Of a DNA stretch of 64,000 nt, positions 52,193 to 64,000 are shown one piece after another. The notes beneath the pieces were generated by a model. It ran no database searches and had not been told where the DNA came from. It was given only the letters and a program-made list of their open reading frames with translations. This DNA is from Octopus sinensis (taxonomy: Eukaryota): assembly GCF_006345805.1 (NCBI RefSeq), contig NC_043000.1, positions 24,738,001-24,802,000 on the forward strand. Direction: 5' to 3'. A program made the translations under genes and the position numbers. The stretch's first letter is position 1. The number at the start of each line of letters is the position of its first letter.

Positions 52193-53121
52193 ATACAGAT
52201 GGTGGTGGTGGTAGCAAGTTGATTAATTGAACAAACATACCATGAGTGAAGTGAAAAGTCACATGTTTAACAGCAAATCATAAAACGATTACATGTTAGA
52301 GAGTTAGTTATAAAATGGTTTCAAATTTTGGTACACGGCCAGCAATTTCAAAGTGGGGTAATTCAATTACATAGACCCCAGTGCTCAGCTGGTACTTATT
52401 TTATTGACCCCATGAGTGTAAAAGGCAAAAATCAATCCTGGTGGCATTTGAACTCAGAATGTAAAGTCACAAAAAATGCCATTAAGCATTTGGTCTGGCA
52501 TGGTAATAATTCTACCAGCTCGCCACCCCGTAAGTTATAAAATGGTCACATGTAGGAAGGTTAGACATAAAAAAAAGTTATATGTGGTGGGAAGGTAGTC
52601 ATCAAAAAGCCTCATGTGAGAAGATGAGTTGACAAAAGCTACATGTTGGAGGGTAAATAATACATCACAAGCTAAGTCATAAGCTCTATTTGTCGTTGTC
52701 AAATTGTGACATTTTCTTTATCAGTCCTTCAGGCCAGGTTTTGTAGTCTGAATGATGAAATATTGTACATATTCATGCAGGTCTTACTAAATCAATGTAC
52801 ATGTCAGTTTCTCAGTTCAAATGAAATATTATATATACACAAACGTATTGTATATGAAGTTAAATGAATGACAAGGAAACAGGAAATTATGCAATGAGTT
52901 CCATTAGCTTACAGTTGTTTCTGCTAGAAATGCAGTGCATTCAGAGATGAGTGCTTGAGCATCACCTTATAGCTTCTTCAGAGCTTCTAAAATGAAGTGC
53001 AAGGTTATTTGGGCAAGGTGCTGTCTACTATAGCCTCAGGCCAACCAAAGCATTGTGAGTGGATTTGGTAGATGGAAACTGGAAGAAGCCTGTCATGTGC
53101 ATGTGAGTGTGTGAGTGTGCA

Positions 53122-53151
<30 letters not shown>

Positions 53152-53152
<1 letters not shown>

Positions 53153-53505
53153 CATCATCATCATCATTTAATGTCCGTTTTCCATGCTTGCATGGGTTGG
53201 ATGGTTTGACCGGGGTCTGGGAAGCCAGGAGGCTGCACCAGGCTCCAGTCTGATCTGGCAGTGTTTCTACAGCTTGATGCCCTTCCTAACGCCAACCACT
53301 CCATGAGTGTAGTGGGTGCGTTTTACGTGCCAGGCGAGGCTGGCAACAGCCACAATCGGTTGGTGCTGTTTACGTGCCACCGGCACGGAAGCCAGTCAAG
53401 CCAGCGCTGGTAACGGCCACGTTCGTACGGTGCTTTTTACGTGCCACTGGCACAGGTATCACATCTACAATTTCCATTTGATTTTTTGATGTTGATGTAC
53501 TTGAC
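53152..53505 (-). mobile_element. RTE-LINE 3'UTR copy
   Basis: Reverse complement of 17737-18073. Confidence 0.8.
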
Positions 53506-53989
53506 ATATATATATGATTTTCTCCAGTAGAGTTTATTTGTACTTAACATGAATGATGTTATTAGAAGATGGTGTTTTGGTGGTGGTATAAAGCAATGGT
53601 GGTGGTGATAGTGGTACACAGGTGGTGGTAGTGTGTATATATATATATATTAATTATAGGATTCATTAGAATCTAGGCACATCAAGATGTAGGATGCCAG
53701 AACTGGCTTGGTACAATAACAAAGGGTTTACAGTGAGGTAAAATGACCATAAAGGTATCATATGTAGATATGTAAGTACCAGATCCAATTGAAATCATAG
53801 ATCTGACTCAAGGTTGGTTCTAAGTGCAGTGTAGGTATAAAAAGAACACAAATGGGGTTATGTATACCTTGCTTGGAAATTGATGATGGTTGGTGACAGG
53901 AAAGGCATCTAGCTAAAGAAAATCTGCCTCAACAAAATCTGACTGATGCAAGCATGGAAAAGCGGAATTTAAAATTGATGATGATGATT

Positions 53990-54336
53990 GTTTGTTTGTT
54001 GAGCGAAGCGGTCTTCATCCCAGTGGGAGAAGTCCGAAACGTGGTCCTTTTGTTATTTGTAAGACCCGCAGAAGAGAAAGCAGGTCAACCCCCGACACTG
54101 AGAGCATCAACGGATGGATGAATATGCATCCAGGCTCAGCGGTTGCGTAGGAAGTCGGGGATAAGAAACAAGAAGAAAGATTGAGTGAAAGTTGGAGCAA
54201 AAGAGTACAACAGGGGTCGCCACCATGCCCTGCCGGAGCCTCATGGAGCTTTAGGTGTTTTCGCTCAATAAACACACACAACGCCTGGTCTGGGAATCGA
54301 AACTGCGAGTCCGCTGCCCTAACCACTGCACCTCCA
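53990..54336 (-). mobile_element. SINE family R, tail variant 3
   Basis: 54180-54336 is the reverse complement of 51803-51970, but the 3' tail is different. Confidence 0.75.
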
Positions 54337-55364
54337 CTGATGATGATGATGAATGCATTGAGGAGGGAGAGTAAAATATTGAGGATGTGAGAGAGAGAGA
54401 TGCACCAGCAGTTATCTGTTCTTCATTTTTAGCTAAGTAGACTAGAGCCACATGAAAGGAAGTGCCTTGCTCAAGGAATTGAACCAATGACCTTACAGCA
54501 TTGAACCAAACAGCCTAACCATCAGGTCACGTGCAACATTTACTTAAATGAGATTTCTTCAGCATAAAACATCTGATGCACGATGAAAGGGAAAATGAGA
54601 TCACACAAACATTTATGACAGAAGATTATTAGCAATATCTGTACTGAAATGACTGCTGTTTGTATCTCACGTGCTGTATGATGACTACGAAATAAGAGTT
54701 CAGCATCACTTTAATTAATATAAATAAAGATTAATATAAATAAAGATTGATTTGAAGTCAGAAACATAGCTATCTCTTTGAATATCCTTAACAAGAAAAG
54801 AAAAAAACAAAAGAAAAACAATTGAACAAATAAATAAAAATCAATATAGAAGTGATAAGAAACATAGAGTTTAAGATAGGAAATTTCTATCAAATGAAAT
54901 GGGAGAAGGACATGATAAATCATTCTGAGTGATCATTAGAATTGAAACTGTCATTCATGATTGGAAATTCAACACTCTATCAAGTAGGTCATTATGATTC
55001 AAAACCAGTGGTCCTCAACCAGGGTCCATATGACCCCTGGGGGTGGGCACATATAAGATTTTGTTGTTAAAATTCATGTGCAGTGAATTGATTACGCTTC
55101 AACAGTACACAAAAATATATTATTCTTTTCTTTTAGTCTTTTACTTGCCTCAGTCATATTGACTGTGCCCATGCTGGAGCACCTCCTTTTAGTTGAAGAA
55201 ATCGAGCCCTGGACTTATTCTTTGTAAGCCTGGTACTTATTCTATCGGTCTCTTTTGCTGAGCCACCACTTTACAGGGACATAAATACAACATCGTCAGT
55301 TGTCAAGCAATGGTGAAGGGACAAACACAGACAAAAGCACACAAATATATACATACATACATAC

Positions 55365-55400
<36 letters not shown>

Positions 55401-55403
<3 letters not shown>

Positions 55404-55700
55404 TAAAAACGGTAAGATAACAAAAGAAAGAAAGAGACCTCAATATTCTGTAAATAGAGGAATTTATCTAAAAGTAATATGTGACAATTATTCGGTAGCC
55501 AAGATAAAACTCTGAGTTTCGGATGCCAAGGTGGAAATCCACACCACCATCTCTTCGGTTATCTAAGGGACAAAATATCTGTACATACTATTGGTATCAA
55601 TTACCTGTATTATCCCTAAGCATTGGTGTTCAGGCACACCATGCACATAGACTGCAGATAACAATCGGATAAGCAAGAGTTTATCAGGAACCAATGCAAG
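55401..55700 (-). mobile_element. Penelope-like terminal repeat (family P3) next to (TA)n
   Basis: Abuts (TA)n at 55400 and contains a hammerhead fold. Confidence 0.55.
55502..55564 (-). ncRNA. Type I hammerhead ribozyme fold (U4C core variant)
   Basis: Minus strand: agataa-CCGAAGA-gatg[gtggtgtggatttccaccttgg]catc-c-GAAACTC-a-GAGT-T-ttatct. Stem I is 6 bp, and stem III is ACTC/GAGT with a 1-nt loop. Confidence 0.65.
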
Positions 55701-55925
55701 TAATTAGGAAATGGAGAAAACCACAGATTAACAAACAAATCGATTGGACCACGTTTATAGCTTATTTTTTAACACAAAGCATGACGTAACAATCTGATCA
55801 GTAACGGCTGTAAGATATGTTACGTCACCTATTTTGTTATGTCACGCTTTGTATTAAAATATAAGCTATAATTGTGATCCAATTGATGTGTTTGTTAATC
55901 TGTGGTTTTCTCTCTTTCCTAATTA
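55701..55925. mobile_element. 225-bp fold-back MITE with ~92-bp inverted arms and TA ends
   Basis: taattaggaaatggagaaaaccacagattaacaaac...tgacgtaacaa pairs with ttgttatgtca...gtttgttaatctgtggttttctctctttcctaatta. Confidence 0.8.
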
Positions 55926-55946
55926 TTCATATATATATATATATAT

Positions 55947-56363
55947 AACTCCAGCTAAGTCATAAGTATTTACTCACAATCAACTTTTGCTTCCTGTCCT
56001 ACAAGTGTTCAATGTGGCTACCACCTGCAGAATGGGCAACATCAATGTGATAAGAGAATTCCTCCCAGATGCGTATCAGCATATCACAATCCACTGAGTA
56101 CTTCTTTGACTGTCTGGTTGAATGCTTTACTGAAGTTTTTCCATTTCCATTCTATGTCAATATCTTCTGGAATCACCTCAAGCAAAGCAAATTTATTCTT
56201 TAGTTCCAAAATGAACTTGCTTTTGATATGCTGATATGCATCTGGGAGGAATTCTCTCATCACACTGATGTTGCCAATGCTGCAGACAGTGGCCACATTG
56301 AACACTTGTAAGACAGGAAATAAAAGTTGATTGTGAGTAAATACTTGTGACTCAGCTGCAGTT
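55947..56363. repeat. 140-bp inverted arms enclosing a 137-bp RTE fragment
   Basis: Arms at 55947-56086 and 56224-56363, with 15 mismatches by manual count. The loop on the minus strand encodes SKFILELKNKFALLEV..EWKWKNFSKAFNQTVKEVLSG. Confidence 0.85.
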
Positions 56364-59300
56364 TTTTATTGCTTTTCCTTATTAAAATATTGGAAAATGA
56401 AATCAGTTAATTCTTTTTGAATAACCCTTTATATATATGTATATATGTTTGTGTGTCTGAGTTTGTCCCTCACCATCACTTGACAACTAATGTTGGTGTG
56501 TTTACGTCCCCATAACTTAGCAGTTTGGCAAAAGAGACTGATAGAATAAGTACTAGGCTTACAAAGAATAAGTCCTGAGGTTGATTTGCTTGACTAAAGG
56601 CAGTGCTCCAGCATGGCCGCAGTCAAATGACTGAAACGAATAAAAGAATACAGTAAATGGAGTTCAACAAGTTCACTTCTTTGATCACCTGAACTAACTG
56701 CACATTGAATTAGAATAGAACAGGCTGAGTATTCCAGAGACATGTATATCTAAATCAATATGCCACAATGTATGACAAGGCTGGACCTTTTCAATTATAA
56801 CTACAGTCAATCCCCAGGATTTCCACCTAGTTCCCATTGACCCAATTTCAATCACAAGAATTGATCTGATGTTCTGATATAAGAAACTTGCCCAAGATAG
56901 CATGGCATGCAGTGTGATTGAACCTGAGATCTTGTACTTGCAAAGCAAACTTCTTTGCTATTTAGGTATCCTGCATTTTATATACAGAGCCATACACCCA
57001 AAGCCACACACATACACATATATACAGAGTTAAATAAAAGACATGAGAATGTTAAGTGTCAGCACATGGCACTCATGAATAGAATATTTAATTAAAATAA
57101 CTGGTCAGTTCTTAAAGCATTTTAGTCAAAAGTCCATGGTTATTGGCTTGAGATAATTAGTTTCCAAGTAGCCATTTGTAACCAGGTGACAACAGTATAG
57201 CTAGCCTCTCCAAGCCTCTCTATTTTCTTTTTCTCATTTATTTTTTTAATAGGTTTATAAAGAAGCTGGAAACAGCAAATTGAAAAGAGAACTCATGCAC
57301 ACAGATCTGAGTATTAAATTATTAATTTAAAACAAGTTAAAGCACAACCATGTGGTTAAAACTTCAGTTCCACTGTGTGGCACCTTGAGCAAGTATCTTC
57401 TCTTATAACTTTCAGACAACCAAAGCTGCCTTGTGAGTGGATTTGGTACATGAAAACTGTCTGTCTGTCTATCTATCTACCTATCTATCTATTTATCTTT
57501 CATACCACTTACTGTAATGTGTTTTCTTTCTGCATGACACTATTGCCCAAGGTTCCCGTGGTCTTTTCTATCCATGGACAAACCTAATCTGTTTTCCCTT
57601 TTTACATTGACATTTCTGTGATACACGATCCCTATTGATCGTCCCCACTTTTTTTTCCTTCTCTTCTTCCCAAAAAGAAAAGCTCCACTTTGTATTTTGT
57701 CCCTTCTGTGTTCAGCTCTGCATGGCCAATAAAGAAATCTATCTATCTATCGATCAAGTGATGTGTATATGTCTCTTTCTCTTCTCTTGACACAGTCACA
57801 CAAGCAATGTTGTTTGTTGCCAATCTTCCATGGAACATGTCTGGACATGAGGAACTATAATCTTTCTTGGAAACAAGTGAGAGTTAGCAACAAGAAGAAT
57901 TTCTGCTCATAGAGAATTTGGCTCAGCGAATTCTGTTTGACTCACAAAAGTTGGACATTAAAAGATGATGGTGAGGAGGGAGAGGAAGATTTAAACTGCT
58001 GTACTGAACCAACTGCTATAGCAAGAAAACAAGACATCCTCTATATTGATATGGCCATGCAACCTATTAGAAACAACAGCTAAATCTTCCTCGACGTACA
58101 CCATGTCAATTTAAGAAGAGACATCATGACAATATGTTTTGAGATATACAAAAAGTGAAGTAAAGACAATCAAAGCTGGAATATCAAAGACCATGGTTAT
58201 GTATGCTCAATCAGAGATGTGCTGTGTGGCATTGGAATGCCCGGGAATAAACATCTTGCATGTTGTAAATGATGACTTAAAAAAGGTTGAGGTAGGATTT
58301 GCACTCTGATCTCATAAAACCCTCATCAGTAATGACTACCTAAACAGACCCATGGGTTAGAGGATTGTCGCCTGAATGGTTTAAAGGTCATCTACAAGGA
58401 GTAGGAATCACCAATAAATGCTGGATGTAGCAACATGCGATTAAGGTGCATGGCCCCAGAGTATTACTACAAATCAGAGACAAACTTGGGGTTACATATC
58501 AACTTATACAAAATAGAAAATAGAATCCAGCATTATTGAGTGATAAAGAGACAGAAAATATAACTACATTTTCCTCTAAAACAGTTTGTTGTAAGTTTTC
58601 ATGCAAAACATACAAATTGTTTCCAATTTCTAGATCTTAAATGAAAAATTATAAACTTGGAAATACAAAAAATTATGTATAAATGTATTTAAATGAACAG
58701 TTTAAATCATCATGAAATGTAAAGTTATGTTTTTAGATTTAAAATCAATGTTTAGATGATAAAAATGACTGTCTCTCATTGAACAAATGTAGTTTGGTTG
58801 TATTTCAGCTGCTACAAGTAGACTTCAGTGGATTTCTAACATTTTTTAATGAAATTCTTTGTGACTAATGGATTCACAACATCATTTCATTATATCTTTG
58901 TAGTGTCTGTATATATTTTTTTTTAACTTAATTCAGCATAAGACTTGTTTTGTCTGATTGTTTTCACTAGATGGCTCTAAAGAGCAGATCCATTATAATG
59001 TGGATTGTTTGTAGTGACCGAAAAATGTAATCAACTGACCTTATTAGAGTTATGTCCCTTGCTAGTTTTCTTTAGATTTAAAAAAATATCATTTGAGGAA
59101 TTTGTTTGCCAAATGCAAAGATAATCTTATTTGACTGAACATTTTAAAACTAACCAGTCTAATGACCGAAATAAAAGATGGAATTAAAAGAACCTTAGTG
59201 AATTATTGGATCTACTGGAAAACTAAACCTCAGCATGGTCCAAACTTAGAACAAGAGAAGTACCAAATTAAATACAAAGTAGAATTCCAAGAAATAGCCC

Positions 59301-60014
59301 TATGCACTAGACATTAGATCTCTCCACTCCTTCACAGCAAACCAATTCCACTTTGTGAACCATTCGTACTTCCTATGCATTGACGTAAGTCCACAGACTG
59401 TTACTAATTTCTTTGGATTCTGCTATTTCACTTCAATACTACAAAACATTTAACTTGGCATTGTACAACTGGAACCAAAACCATTGTACTAAAACTGATA
59501 AATAACGATTTCTTTTGACAAGGCATGAAGTCAATTCTTGTAAAAGAAGGACATAATTTATAGAATTTATTTCAGTGACTGCTATTATTCATTAGATATT
59601 TGTTCTCTATTGCAATCCATTTATTAAACTGTTTGACAGATAAATGTTTCCTTCCCATCTTTAGTCCAACTACATTTATGACCACAAAGATTAGTCACTG
59701 CTGACACTTTTCCTCAATTCTCTCTGCCTATAAGAGGCTTCATACAATTTGTATTTCATTCATAAAACAAAGATGACTTTAACAGAGTCAGTTTTACAGA
59801 AAAAGACACAATGTCTTTCATTACAATAAGATATCCAAAACAATTCGAGAACATACATTCTTTTCTCAACAAGTTATCTTGGCCGACTTAGCTGTCAAAC
59901 ATTCTTATTTGCATAAGTTGGTCACCTACAGATCAATGTGCATAATTATTAACAGTTTTAGTTAATGATTATTTTGTAGCCTTGATGAGGCTACAAAATA
60001 ATATAATGTCGCCT

Positions 60015-60265
60015 TACTGGCACCTGTGCCAATGGCATGTGTAAAAAGATTTGAGCGAGGTCATTGCCAGTACCGCCTGACTGGCCCCTGTGCCGGTGGC
60101 ACATAAAAAGTACCCACTATACTCTTGGAGTGGTTGGCGTTAGGAAGGGCAGCCAGCTGTAGAAACTCTGCCAGATCAAGATTGGAGTCTGCTGCAGCCA
60201 TCTGGTTCACCAGCCCTCTGTCAAATCGTCCATCCCATGCTAGCATGGAAAGCGGATGTTAAACA

Positions 60266-60303
<38 letters not shown>
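60015..60303 (+). mobile_element. RTE-LINE 3'UTR copy with a long (GAT)n tail
   Basis: Same family motifs. Further diverged copies lie at about 61485-61670 and 62750-63020. Confidence 0.75.
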
Positions 60304-60305
<2 letters not shown>

Positions 60306-63158
60306 GCTTTGATCAAGCAAGCCTATGTCAAACAAGTAGTTGGCCAAATAACTAAGAGAAAACCCAGCGATCTCTTGTTCTAGGCACATCATGTTTTCTG
60401 CATAGCTGAGCACCATACATCATGCTCTGACATACAACAATGAATCAGGCAGGGTGTGAAGTATAACAGTCTGGATACGTTACATTCTCTCCGTTATCCA
60501 ATTTGCATTTGAATATCTGCAGTGTGGTCGCCTAATGGTGACTGCAGTGGTGGAAGGGTAAGGTGGACTCAGATCCTGACAGTTACTCTTCCTCTGCATT
60601 TATTGTGGTAATAGAATTTCATGAACCAAAATTGAGTATCTAGATTGATCAAATATTAAAAAGGAAGAATTATGAATCCTTGGCAGAACATTGAGAAAGA
60701 AATATAGCTGTGCTATGAGAGCAAAGCAAGCTGGTTTGGATATAAATCTAGCTCTTCATATTTTATACATAATCAGTATTGGATGTGGAGTTAGTTATAA
60801 TGTTATGGTTAGGAATGGAAGCAGATGGAAACACAAATAAGAAGATCAATATGCATGAAAAAAAAAAAACATGCTGTTATGCAAACTTATGATAGCATAA
60901 AAAGAAAATGGATATTAAAACCATGATAATAATCTGTATGAGAACATTATAGATATATTTGGCTCCAAGTTGAAAGGGCCTTTATGAGTTTTTGGCAGTA
61001 CCTCTCCTTCCTGAAGCTAGCAATAAAAGATCATATTATTTATTTGTACAAATGCTAATATAGCTAAGCTGTAAAGATGCTGGGAAGCACACACAGTTTA
61101 ATTATATGCTGAGATATTTCAGATAAGGTATTATTAGTACTGAGAAAAACATTTGTTTGTAAGAGAGTAGAGTATTAACTTAAACTTTTTAGTTTTTTCT
61201 GCTTGTTTTTTGTCTTGTATGTAAAACATTTCCATTGGTTTAGTATTCATTCATCACCAGGTACCATGTATTTGTACAAGAGCTCAAACTAAGAGTGAAC
61301 TTGCAATATTTATTTCTCACAGGAATGCAAGTCTCTCATTCATCAAAGACACAAATAAGTTTTAGCTTAATGGATGATATTCCAAACATTAAGTCTGTGA
61401 CAAAATGGGAGAAGAAAAAAATTTGAACTCGACACAAATTAAAGATTTGGGAGACCAGTCTGAACATCAGGCATCACAGCATCTATGCCAGTGCCACATA
61501 AAAAGCACCCACTATACACTGTAAAGTGGCTGGCATTCGGAAGGGTAAAAGCCATACCAAAACAGGCTATTGAACCCTGGTGCAGCTCTCTGGCTTATCA
61601 GCTTCAGTCAAACCGTCCAACCCATGCCAGCATGGAAAATGGATGTTAAATGATAATGATAATGATAATGATTTAGATCTGTATTGAGCCCCATGACTCA
61701 TAAGGCCAGAGATTCACTCAGTTTCCACAGTATATAAGTGAGTGAGATTACAATACTCCACTTGAATGGGATGCCAATCCCTCACTGAGTTAACTTCCCA
61801 GTTATTGCAGGAATCCATTTGCTCTTGAGTGGACTATAGCAAGGTGAGATCAAACATTTTGCTCAAAGACACAAGGCACTGCCAGGTCCAGGAATTGAAA
61901 TCACAATCTTATGATCACAGGGCACAACACCTGAACCACTTGACCATGCACCTTCACTATATGGCAACTAAACAATTTAAATTGTATGTAAAAAAAAAAA
62001 AAGGGAAAGGAAAATCAGGTGAAAAACTGAAAAATATATTCATGAGTACAAATAATGTTAAATTTAGATCTAACTTCAAACCTGACTCTATTCATTTGTC
62101 TGTTGAATAGCATTTCAGATATTGCTCCACTGAAAACTGCAGACATAGAAGTATAAAAGACATACAAATAATTTTCTGAAAAAAAAAGTTTTGAATGATT
62201 ATTTATTTTATTTGCCAATTCTAAAGGTATACAAATAGAAAAATAGAAGAATCTATTAAGTTTTCTGTCTAGCACTTTATAAAATAAAAAAATAAAAAGT
62301 TGAAAAATTGAAAAAAAAATTCAGGAAGAAAGAAAAAGAAAATTTATCAACTTGAGATTCCAATGTCATTATCAAAGTAACATTCTGGAAGTGAGTTCCA
62401 AAAGTTTGAGTAAACATTCATAAATTAAATATGGAGTAAATCTTTGAAGTTGTGTATCTGTAAAATAACCCAGACACCTCCCTTCAAAACCAAGTGTTAT
62501 CAACCATGAATCTTTATATTATATCAACAGGCTTAGTTTATAATTATATTTTAGACTTAGATAAATAAATTTGGAAGCTGTGATCATTGAAATAAAATTA
62601 GTTAGATATTGAAGGCCAATCGCAAAAGACTGAGCCTTACAGAAGGGATGACAAAGGACAAAGATCTATGGCACATTGTTGTACTCAAGATGACCCACCC
62701 ACCACAGCAGAATCAATATCCTAAAACCATTTTGGTAATGCTTATCTATAAGGAACACTGGTGCTGAGGCTAAATAAAAAGCACTGGGAATGGTTGTATA
62801 TAAAAAGCATTGGTTATGGTTCTACATAAAAAGCACCAGTGCTGGTCTCATGTAAAAAGCACTTTATATGGTGCCACAAAAAGCATTGGTGATGGGGCCA
62901 TTTAAAAAGCACCCAGTACACTGTAGAAACCAGGCCAAAACAGACAATATAGCCTGGTGTGGCTCCTATCAAACCATCCAACCCATACCAGCATGGAAAA
63001 CAGACATTAAATGATGATGATGACCTAATATAAGAGTCAGTAATGGTCAACTCACTAGGATTATTGACCATACAGCTCTAAACTTTGTACCCTGTCAATG
63101 GCACAGTGTGTCACAAGCAAAATCTCTCTCTCTCTCTCTGTATATATATCATCATCAT

Positions 63159-64000
63159 ATGTAGGAAGGCAGGCAAATCACAAACACCTTCAGGTAGATG
63201 GCCCTGCTCGATCTGTAGAAAAGGCGTAGGTAGAAACTCTATAAGATGCACCAAGTGTAAGCTATGGACACATAAGAGGTGCAGCAATGTCAAAGGAAGG
63301 CTAACTAGGAAGATGGTTTTTGTATGTGGCAGATGCTCAGGAGCAATAAACACTGAAAATGCTGGAGACCAATTTCCGCCACATTCCAGGGAGAAAAACT
63401 AGAAATTGTTGATAGCTTCCATTACCTAGGCGACCAAGTCAGTAGCGGGGGCGGGTGTGCTGAAAGTGGAGCTGCTAGAGTAAGAATAGCCTGGGTAAAG
63501 TTCAGAGAGCTATTACCTCTGCTGGTGACAAAAGGCCTTTCGCTCAGAATAAAAGGCAGACTGTATGACACATGTGTATGAACTGCCATGCTACATGGCA
63601 GTGAAACTTGGGCCATGACTGCTGAGGACATGCGTAAGCTTGCAAGAAATGAAGCCAGTATGCTCCGATGGATGCATAATGTCAGTATTCATACTCGACA
63701 GAGTGTAAGTACCTTGAGAGAAAAGTTGGACCTAAGAAGAAGCATCAGTTGTGGTGTGCAAGAGAGACGTTTGCGCTGGTATGGTTATGTGACGAGAATG
63801 GATGAAGATGGTTGTGTGAAAAAGTGCCACACCCTAGCAGTTGAGGGAACCTGTGGAAGAGGTAGACCCAGGAAAACCTGGGACGAGGTGGTGAAGCACG
63901 ACCTTCGAACATTGGGTCTCACCGAGGAAATGACCAGAGACCGAGACCTTTGGAAGTATGCGGTGAGTGGGAAGACCCGGCAGGACAAGTGAGACCATGA
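63159..64000 (+). pseudogene. 5'-truncated RTE LINE ORF2 (PHD finger, RT end, C-terminal domain), running off the window
   Basis: C4HC3 cluster, then a frameshift, then EKLEIVDSFHYLGD..RVRIAWVKFRELLP..KGRLYDTCV*TAMLHGSETW..RRLRWYGYV.RM..GRGRPRKTW..DRDLW. Confidence 0.88.

Noticed and set aside
54003-54047. Hammerhead-like stem plus GAAACGT in a SINE R tail
   Set aside because: The core reads GCGAAGC, the cleavage position is G, and there is no stem I.

Overview
AT-rich, microsatellite-dense eukaryotic DNA. The SINE/LINE repertoire suggests an octopus-like coleoid cephalopod (inference). I can support only one host-gene exon: a 114-bp, phase 1-1, minus-strand exon (24918-25031) encoding the start of the guanylate-kinase domain of a MAGI-family scaffold. 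The rest of the window appears to be MAGI intron filled with mobile elements. These include several tRNA-headed SINE families, many RTE-LINE 3' ends, a young CR1/L2 copy, R4/Dong remnants, and mariner, hAT, piggyBac-like and Helitron-like non-autonomous elements, plus (TA)n-embedded Penelope-like terminal repeats. The most notable signal is that three unrelated Penelope-like families each carry a minimal type I hammerhead-ribozyme fold with a palindromic stem III and a non-canonical core (CCGAUGA, CCGAAGA, CUGUAGA). Three of the four copies lie in the MAGI sense orientation. Other points of interest are a PHD finger inside an RTE reverse transcriptase, tandem piggyBac-type MITE arrays with shared junction spacers, a 66-bp minisatellite grown from an RTE 3'UTR, and several long fold-backs. 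All alignments, counts and folds were done by eye; no search or folding program was run. Family names for repeats come from recalled motifs.
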